Of a stretch of DNA of 64,000 nucleotides, positions 57,711 to 64,000 are shown piece after piece (positions within the stretch are counted from its first letter, which is position 1; every line of letters begins with the position of its first letter). A program made the position numbers and the translations under genes. Source of the DNA: Gemmatimonadales bacterium. Lineage in GTDB: Bacteria; Gemmatimonadota; Gemmatimonadetes; Gemmatimonadales; GWC2-71-9. The notes under the pieces were generated by a model that saw only the letters and a list, made by a program, of their open reading frames with translations, was not told the origin of the DNA and did no database searches. The DNA lies in the NCBI GenBank assembly GCA_036004745.1, contig DASYRD010000129.1:41687-105686 (forward strand), given 5' to 3'.

Positions 57711-60341
57711 CTATTGCTCTTTCACCGCCGCAGGCACTGATCGGTTGGTCCTCGTCCCGTCGCCAAGCTGTCCTACAGCGTTACTCCCCCAGCAATACAC
57801 CTTGCTTCCTGACAGCCCGGCGACCGTAGCGCAGGTGTGCGTCGCGCCGGCCCCGACGAAGAAGGACGCCGCCCCGCCCGGCGTGGATACTTGCAGGGGG
57901 TGATCGCCGTCGGTCGGCGCCAGCCCATTGCCGAGCTCGCCGGCCGCGTTGCTGCCCCAGCAGAACAGCGTGCTGGTGCTGTTGATGGCGCAGGTGTGGT
58001 CTCCACCGGCCACCAGCTGGCCACCGAGCGCTCCGCCACTCGTCGCCGCCACAGGCTTGTCGCTGTTGACGCCGAGGTTCGTGTTACCCAGTTGCCCGTG
58101 ATTGTTGCGGCCCCAACAGAACGCGCCCGCCGCCGTATTGGCACAGCTATGGGACGCGCCCGCCGCGATGCGGCGCGCGTGGAGGCCGCCGCGGACCACG
58201 ACGGCCGTATCGCTCCCGCTCGTCGTCAGCGCGCTGTCGCCCAGCTGGCCGAACGCATCATCACCCCAGCAACGCGGCGTGCTGTCCGCGGCGATGGCGC
58301 ACGTGTGGTTCAACCCAGCGGCGACGGCGCGGTACGTGAGCGCGCCGTAGACGGCCGTGGGAGTGGGCGTGAATGTCGCGACCTTGCCGCTGTCGCCGAG
58401 CTGGCCGGACGCGTTGTTGCCCCAGCAATAGGCGACGCCGCCGGTCGTCACGCCGCAGGTGTGCGTCCCTCCCGCGGAGAGACTCGCGAACTGCAGGCCG
58501 CCATCGACCAAGACCGGGACGACGCTCTTCGCACCGGTGGCGGCGTTGCCGAGTTGGCCGAGGAGATTCTCTCCCCAGCACCACGCCGCACCACCGGCCT
58601 CGAGCCCACAGGTGTGTCGGTCGCCGGCGGTGAGCTGGGTGAAGGCCCGCCGGCCCGTGACGAGCCTCGGGATGGAGTCGAATCCACCACTGGGCCTTCC
58701 TACCTGCCCGAGGGAATTGTCGCCCCAGCACGCCGGGTAGCCGCCGCTCACCAACACACAGCTGTGGCTCACGCCCGCCGCCTCGCCCGTCGACGTAATG
58801 GGCACGATGACGGTGAACGCGTTCGTCGTGTCGGGCGTGAGGCCCGCCGCCGTCGCGATGATGGTGTAGCCGACGCCCGGCTTGTCGAGCCGCAGCGAGT
58901 CGAACGTGAGCGCGCCGCTGCCGACCTTCGTGCCGGTGCCGATGAGTGCGCCACCCCACGGATTCACGCCCACCGTCAGCGTGATTGTCGTCGCCGTCCC
59001 TGTGGAGTTCCCGAACTGGTCCTGCGGGCGCACGAGCGACGGCAGCAGGTTATCACCGAGGAAGGTGAACCCGGGCTGCTGCGTGAACGCGAGGATCGTG
59101 GGCGAGGCAGGATTGACGGTCAGGTCCCCCGAGAACGCTGAATCGAGCCCGGCGACACCGCCCGACCCCGTCGCCACGAATCGATACCCGAATCCCGATT
59201 TCTGGATCGACAATAACGAGAGGTCGGCGATGCCGTTGGTGACGACAAACGAGAAGTTGCCGTTGATCAGTGCCGCGCCCGTCGGATTGGTGGAGATCCG
59301 GACGAACACCGCGCCGACCGCGCCGGGCGTCACGTTGCCGAACCGGTCCGTCACGTGCACCTCGAAGGGCAGCGACTGGCCCGCCGTGTCTGTGACACTG
59401 AATTGCACGAATCGCAAGCGTGCCGACGCCGCGGGAAGAATGAAGAACGACGGACTCGTGGCCGAAGGCGTGCCCGAGGCGCTCGCGCTGAGCGTGTATC
59501 CGGAATCGGCGGTTTCGATCGTGATGCCACTGAACGTCGCGATCCCGCCCACGGCATTGACGGTGGTCGAGCCGTGCAGGAGGGCGCTCCCCGGGTTTGC
59601 CCCGAAGGCCAGCGTGATCGCCCGCCGGTCTCCCGCCAGGAGGTGTCCAGACCCGTCGCGCACTTCGACCTGAATCGCGGGATTCACCGCTTCACCGGCG
59701 ATGGCGTTCGTCGGAGGCACGCTGAAGACCAAAGCCGCCGCCGCCTGCGTGACGGTGAGCGTCGCATTGCCCGGTGTCCCCCGCCCCGTCGCGGTGATCG
59801 TGGTCTGGCCAGGACCTTTCGAGAGCGCCAGGCCCGTCGTGTCTACGATCGCCACCGATGGGTCGGACGACTGCCAGACGAAACGCACGCCCGCCACCGT
59901 CGCGTTCGAAGAATCCTTGGCCACCGCGCCGTATTGCTGTGTCACCCCAACGGTCGCGAGGCCGGCCGTTCCGGGGGTCACCAGGACGTTGGCTACGAAT
60001 TGAGCGACCGCGAGTGTCGCCTGCCCCATGACGCCGCCCGCGTCTGCGCGGATGATCGAGAGCCCGTTGCCTACCGCCGTGACGATCCCCGTCGACGCGT
60101 CAACGGTCGCCACCGCGGGATTGGACGAGCTCCACACGAGCGTCACGCCGTTGACGGGATTGCCGCTCGCATCGCGTGCGACGGCCGTGAACTGTCGCGT
60201 GCGGCCGAGCGTCAGCAGCGTATCGGCCCCGGGGGTCACGACGACCGTCGCCACGGTGGGCGGGCCGGCCGGGTTGTCTTTGCCGCAGGCAACGACAATG
60301 AGTGCGACCACGAGCGTGGACAGACGGGCGATGCGAGCCAT
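57711..60341 (-). CDS. Lipoprotein with N-terminal Big_2-type Ig-like domains, further Ig-like repeats and a C-terminal RCC1-repeat beta-propeller
   Basis: The start at ATG 60341 (GGAG upstream) gives the lipobox LIVVAC. Big_2-like regions V.V.P....L..G.T.QF.A.A.D..GN.V......W.SS....A.V. About seven RCC1-like repeats follow (H(S/T)C..T..G..(Y/W)CWG.N..GQLG). Confidence 0.85.
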   Translation of the reverse strand: MARIARLSTLVVALIVVACGKDNPAGPPTVATVVVTPGADTLLTLGRTRQFTAVARDASGNPVNGVTLVWSSSNPAVATVDASTGIVTAVGNGLSIIRADAGGVMGQATLAVAQFVANVLVTPGTAGLATVGVTQQYGAVAKDSSNATVAGVRFVWQSSDPSVAIVDTTGLALSKGPGQTTITATGRGTPGNATLTVTQAAAALVFSVPPTNAIAGEAVNPAIQVEVRDGSGHLLAGDRRAITLAFGANPGSALLHGSTTVNAVGGIATFSGITIETADSGYTLSASASGTPSATSPSFFILPAASARLRFVQFSVTDTAGQSLPFEVHVTDRFGNVTPGAVGAVFVRISTNPTGAALINGNFSFVVTNGIADLSLLSIQKSGFGYRFVATGSGGVAGLDSAFSGDLTVNPASPTILAFTQQPGFTFLGDNLLPSLVRPQDQFGNSTGTATTITLTVGVNPWGGALIGTGTKVGSGALTFDSLRLDKPGVGYTIIATAAGLTPDTTNAFTVIVPITSTGEAAGVSHSCVLVSGGYPACWGDNSLGQVGRPSGGFDSIPRLVTGRRAFTQLTAGDRHTCGLEAGGAAWCWGENLLGQLGNAATGAKSVVPVLVDGGLQFASLSAGGTHTCGVTTGGVAYCWGNNASGQLGDSGKVATFTPTPTAVYGALTYRAVAAGLNHTCAIAADSTPRCWGDDAFGQLGDSALTTSGSDTAVVVRGGLHARRIAAGASHSCANTAAGAFCWGRNNHGQLGNTNLGVNSDKPVAATSGGALGGQLVAGGDHTCAINSTSTLFCWGSNAAGELGNGLAPTDGDHPLQVSTPGGAASFFVGAGATHTCATVAGLSGSKVYCWGSNAVGQLGDGTRTNRSVPAAVKEQ

Positions 60342-60409
60342 CGAACGACTCCAGAAGGGACTGATGGCCAAGGTATGGATGGGGTCTTGCGTCCACGATT
60401 CACATACTT

Positions 60410-63247
60410 GTGCGACACGCCCCAGGCGCCACAACTTGCCGCGTGCACCGTTTCGCCGCGTTGACGCTCAGTGTGATTCTCGTCACGCCCGCGCTCCAGG
60501 CGCAGGAGCGCCTGGTACGCCGCTTCGGCCCCGAGCAGGGCCTCCTCGCCCCGACCGTCGTGGCGCTCGCTCAGGACCGCGCCGGCTTCCTCTGGGTGGC
60601 CACCGCCGGGGGCGTGTTCCGCTACGACGGCGTCGAGATGCGGCGCTGGGCCCCGCAGGTGCTCATCCACGCCAACTTCCTCGCGACGGCCGCCGACGGC
60701 CGCGTCCTCGCCGCCGACGACTACGGCCATCTGTTCCGGCTCGACGCCGCGGGCGCGACGCTCGTGCGGGGACCTGAAGGCGCTGTTCTCGACAGCATCG
60801 GCGCCATCACGTTTGTCGGGGACACGCTGTGGGCCGCGCGCGGCGCGAGGTTGCTCGTGCAACTGCCCGAGGGGCGCTGGCTCCCGCCCGTCGCCGGGTT
60901 GGACGGGCCTCCGCGGCGCCTGCGCCCCGCACCGACGGGTGGCATCGACGCGGCAACGCGCGGCGGCGTATGGACCGCGACGGTCGGCGGCGGCGCGCAG
61001 CGCCTGTTCTCCCTCGCCGGTGCCTGGGATGTCGTCGCCCTCCCCGACGGACGGCGCATCGCGATCAGCGGCGCCGGTCCGGTCGTCGAGTGGTCGCGGG
61101 GCCGGCTGACGACGCGCCTCGCCACGGACAAGGCGGGGCGAGCCCTCGCGATCCGCGGCGATGTCATTTGGGCCGGATATAGCGCGTCCATCGTCGCGCT
61201 GCATCCCGACGGGTCGACGGACACACTTGGCCCGCGCGAAGGTGTGGACGGGGGCGGCCCGTTGCTCGTCGACCGCGAAGGCAGCTTGTGGGTGGGCACC
61301 TACGCCGCGCTACTCCAGCTGCCCGAGCCCGAGACGACGTGGTGGGCCGAGCGCGACGGACTCCCCTCGACATTGACCCGCTATGTCGGCGTATCACGCG
61401 GGACGGTCTGGGTCACGACATGGGGCGGGCTGGGCCGCCTCACACATGACGCGCGCGGGTGGCATGGCAGCACCCCGGCGGTCACCGGCGGCTACGATCG
61501 TGTATGGGCCGATGCCAGCCGGGACCGGCTCCTCGTCGGCACGGCGCGCGGCACGGTATCGCTGCGCGGCGCGAGTTTCACGCTCTCGCGCGCGCCCCAG
61601 CCCCCACCAGCGGCCGCATACGCACCCGCGCCGGACAGCGGCCTGTGGGTGGGAACAAGCGAGGGACTGTACCGCACTGACGACGTGGGTGGCAGAGCGG
61701 TCGCTGTCTCCGCCACGCCTTTCGGGCGCGGCCCCGTGGTGGTTCTGGCCGAGGACTCGGCGGGCACGCTGTGGGCGGCCGCCGAGGAGCGCGTGTGTGC
61801 GCTTCGCGGCAGCTGGACCTGTGACACGCTGGCCGGTGCGCTCGATATAGGCGCGCTGGTCGCGTTCCCGAGCGGTGACCTGTGGGCCGCGACGCGCGGG
61901 CGCGGCGTGCTCCGCCGGCACGGCGGCACCTGGGCACCTCTCCCCGGCGCGCGCGTGCTACCGACGAGCAATGTCCTCAACTTGATCCCATCGCGCGGCG
62001 CCGTTTGGGTCGCCGCGTTCGGCGCGGTGCTGCGCGTGGCAGAGCGCCCCGACTCCGCCGACGGCTGGCAGGTCCTCGAGCACCTCACCGGTTGGCATGG
62101 CCTGCCGGGCCGCGGCGCCAACGACGTCTTCGAGGAGCCGGACGGCACGGTGTGGCTCACGACGGCGCGCGGCGTGATGCGCGTCCCGGCCGCTGCCCGG
62201 CAGACCCCGCGCCCGCCGCCCTCCGTGACCCTGGTCGACGCCCGCGTGGACACGGAAGCGGTGGCCCTCACGAGCGCGCTGGTCCTGCCGCACGAGCGCA
62301 ACCGCCTCGAGCTCCGCTTTGCTTCGCTGTCGCTCCGCGACCCGTCGGCGATCATCTACCAAGTGCGACTCTCACCACACGACCCGTGGCGCGACACGCG
62401 CGGCCTGCCGTCCTTCCGCTGGGTCAATCTCCCGGGGGGACGTTACCGCGCCGAAGTGCGCGCCTCAGCCGACGGCAAGCACTGGTCGAGCGAACCCGCG
62501 GCGTTCGCGTTCGTCGTGCGGCCCGCGTGGTACCGCGAGCCCTGGGCCTTGGCCCTGTTCGCTTTCGCGGTGGTGGCAGGACTCGTCGCCGCCTACCGCG
62601 CCCGCGTCGCCGTGCTTGTCGGCCTCGAGCGGCAGCGCGCCCGCATCGCGATGGACCTCCACGACGAGATCGGCTCGGCGCTCGGCAGCATCGGCATCCT
62701 GTCCGGCGTGCTGGCCCAGGACAACGGCAGCGATGAGCGCGAGCGGCAGAACATCGCCCACGAGATCGCGCGCACCGCCGGAGAGGTCGGGGGCGCCCTC
62801 TCCGACATCGTGTGGGCCCTCGATCCGCGCCCCGGCACGCTGCGCGACCTCGCCGCGCGCCTCGCCGACCACGGCGGCCGCCTCTTTGTGGGAGAAGGGC
62901 CCGAGTTCCGTACGCACTTCCCCTCCGCCTGGCCCGACGGACCGCTCCCCCTCGGTTTGCGCCGCAATTTGGCCGCGATCGGTCTCGAGGCGTTGCACAA
63001 CGCCGCGCGACATGCGCGTGCGCGCAACGTGTCTCTCGCGCTCACACCTCCAGCCAACGGCGGCCGTGTGTGGGAACTGACCGTAACCGACGACGGCAGC
63101 GGCATGCCCGCGCCGGCGCCAGACACAGGTCTCGGCGTCACCAGCACGCGGCGCCGCGCCGCGGAGATCGGCGCGGAGGTGGCGTGGGAAGCGACCTCGG
63201 GCGGCGGAACGACGGTGCGCCTGCGTTTCCCTCTGGACGTCACATAG
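60410..63247 (+). CDS. Sensor histidine kinase with a large periplasmic two-component-regulator propeller / Y_Y_Y-type region, TM, HisKA_3 and HATPase domains
   Basis: Repeated G(L/G).W(V/A)(A/G)T..G(L/V) blades, then a Y_Y_Y-like block (LELRFASLSL..YQVRL..W....F..LPGGRYR..VRA). TM segment ALALFAFAVVAGLVAAY, H-box IAMDLHDEIGSAL, and ..DDGSGMP. Alternative start at GTG 60443. Confidence 0.88.
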   Translation: MRHAPGATTCRVHRFAALTLSVILVTPALQAQERLVRRFGPEQGLLAPTVVALAQDRAGFLWVATAGGVFRYDGVEMRRWAPQVLIHANFLATAADGRVLAADDYGHLFRLDAAGATLVRGPEGAVLDSIGAITFVGDTLWAARGARLLVQLPEGRWLPPVAGLDGPPRRLRPAPTGGIDAATRGGVWTATVGGGAQRLFSLAGAWDVVALPDGRRIAISGAGPVVEWSRGRLTTRLATDKAGRALAIRGDVIWAGYSASIVALHPDGSTDTLGPREGVDGGGPLLVDREGSLWVGTYAALLQLPEPETTWWAERDGLPSTLTRYVGVSRGTVWVTTWGGLGRLTHDARGWHGSTPAVTGGYDRVWADASRDRLLVGTARGTVSLRGASFTLSRAPQPPPAAAYAPAPDSGLWVGTSEGLYRTDDVGGRAVAVSATPFGRGPVVVLAEDSAGTLWAAAEERVCALRGSWTCDTLAGALDIGALVAFPSGDLWAATRGRGVLRRHGGTWAPLPGARVLPTSNVLNLIPSRGAVWVAAFGAVLRVAERPDSADGWQVLEHLTGWHGLPGRGANDVFEEPDGTVWLTTARGVMRVPAAARQTPRPPPSVTLVDARVDTEAVALTSALVLPHERNRLELRFASLSLRDPSAIIYQVRLSPHDPWRDTRGLPSFRWVNLPGGRYRAEVRASADGKHWSSEPAAFAFVVRPAWYREPWALALFAFAVVAGLVAAYRARVAVLVGLERQRARIAMDLHDEIGSALGSIGILSGVLAQDNGSDERERQNIAHEIARTAGEVGGALSDIVWALDPRPGTLRDLAARLADHGGRLFVGEGPEFRTHFPSAWPDGPLPLGLRRNLAAIGLEALHNAARHARARNVSLALTPPANGGRVWELTVTDDGSGMPAPAPDTGLGVTSTRRRAAEIGAEVAWEATSGGGTTVRLRFPLDVT

Positions 63248-63249
63248 AT

Positions 63250-63945
63250 ATGCGAGGCCCGCACGCGCCGTTGTCGCCTAGGTTGCACGACGTGCCCCTC
63301 CGCGTCGCCGCCGTCGAAGACAACGGGCGCTATCGCGCAAGCCTGGAGACGCTGCTCTCGCACGCGTCCGGTTTTCAACTCATCGGGACGTTCGATGCGG
63401 CGCCGCCGGCCCTCGCGGCCCTCGCCGGCGCGGCTCTGCCCTGGGATCTGATCGTGATGGACCTGGAGCTGCCGGGGATGAGCGGCGTCGAGGCGATTCG
63501 TCGTGTGAAGGAGATCTCGCCACGGACCGCGATCGTGGTGCTGACGGTCTTCGAGGATCCGGCGACGGTGCTCGAGGCGATCTGCTCCGGCGCCGACGGT
63601 TATCTCCTCAAGCGCACGCCCGCCGAGCAGCTGCTCGCCGAGCTACGATCGATCGTCGACGGGCATTCGCCCTTGTCGAGCGCGGTCGCGCGGACGGTGC
63701 TGGAGTTTGTGCGGCAGGCAGGTCCGACGACGACAGCGCCCCAGCCCTCGCGCCTCGATCTCAGCGACCGGGAGCAAGAGGTGCTGCGCTGCCTCGTGGA
63801 CGGACTCGGTTACAAACAAACGGCGGAGCGGCTCGAAGTGAGTCTCGACACGGTGCGCACCTACATCCGCCGGATCTACGGCAAGCTGCAGGTGCACAGC
63901 GTGGCCGAGGCTGTCAGTCGAGCGGTCCGCGAACGGCTGGTCTAG
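63250..63945 (+). CDS. NarL/FixJ-family response regulator (receiver plus LuxR-type HTH)
   Basis: Receiver LRVAAVEDN..LIVMDLELPGMSG..VVLTVFED..GYLLK. HTH LSDREQEVLRCLVDGLGYKQTAERLEVSLDTVRTYIRRIYGKLQV. It starts 3 nt after the kinase stop. Confidence 0.9.
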   Translation: MRGPHAPLSPRLHDVPLRVAAVEDNGRYRASLETLLSHASGFQLIGTFDAAPPALAALAGAALPWDLIVMDLELPGMSGVEAIRRVKEISPRTAIVVLTVFEDPATVLEAICSGADGYLLKRTPAEQLLAELRSIVDGHSPLSSAVARTVLEFVRQAGPTTTAPQPSRLDLSDREQEVLRCLVDGLGYKQTAERLEVSLDTVRTYIRRIYGKLQVHSVAEAVSRAVRERLV

Positions 63946-64000
63946 GGTTCAGTCAACAAACGCCCAGAGCAACGCCCGGCTGTGCCGATCGAGGGCCGCC

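Overview
This is a very GC-rich, densely packed bacterial chromosomal segment. The gene content and the many Arg-rich antisense shadow ORFs fit a Gemmatimonadota- or Acidobacteria-like genome, but that taxon call is inference only. I can support about 55 protein genes and one tRNA-Leu(UAG). I see no rRNA, CRISPR array, transposase, integrase or phage genes.

Gene blocks, left to right:
1. A Pho-type island: a tandem-fused 5'-nucleotidase (partial, missing from the ORF track), phoB-phoR, then porin-pstS-pstC-pstA-pstB-pstB-phoU and an ArsC/LMW-PTP gene.
2. Rhomboid protease, dnaK-htrA and two small membrane proteins.
3. A caa3-type cytochrome oxidase cluster (ctaC-ctaD-ctaE-subunit IV-ctaG).
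4. A large Ser/Thr kinase and a PKD/TolB-propeller lipoprotein.
5. tRNA-Leu, tig-clpP-clpX-engB, a hypothetical secreted protein and an M28 peptidase.
6. A five-gene envelope cluster: porin-like OMP, FMN-binding protein with an SGAT flavinylation motif, 4-TM membrane protein, Tat-ApbE and a truncated ApbE-like lipoprotein. A GAF-PAS hybrid kinase lies divergent to it.
7. An ATL protein, a Nudix hydrolase, a GspE/PilB ATPase fused to a receiver domain, and an Omp85-like OMP.
8. trpE, an FHA-GAF-cyclase, and an operon of an HD-GYP-family response regulator followed by glmM-glmS-dtd-maf (written in transcription order, minus strand).
9. A Cys/Met PLP enzyme, an M48 peptidase, purD and mutM.
10. 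A Big_2/RCC1 lipoprotein divergent from a propeller/Y_Y_Y histidine kinase and a NarL-type regulator.

Most of the window is housekeeping. The best candidates for undescribed biology are:
- the ApbE/FMN-bind/OMP cluster
- tandem NAGACGCC octamer arrays upstream of both proteostasis operons (dnaK-htrA and tig-clpPX)
- recurrent CTGA stop/start junctions that imply CUG initiation
- the orphan PilB-REC fusion
- the HD-G(A)P regulator coupled to glmM-glmS
- a shared GTTACC-N5-GTGAC motif in front of Pho-type genes
- a C10 tract at the OMP/trpE divergent junction

All function calls come from reading motifs by eye. No database search was run.
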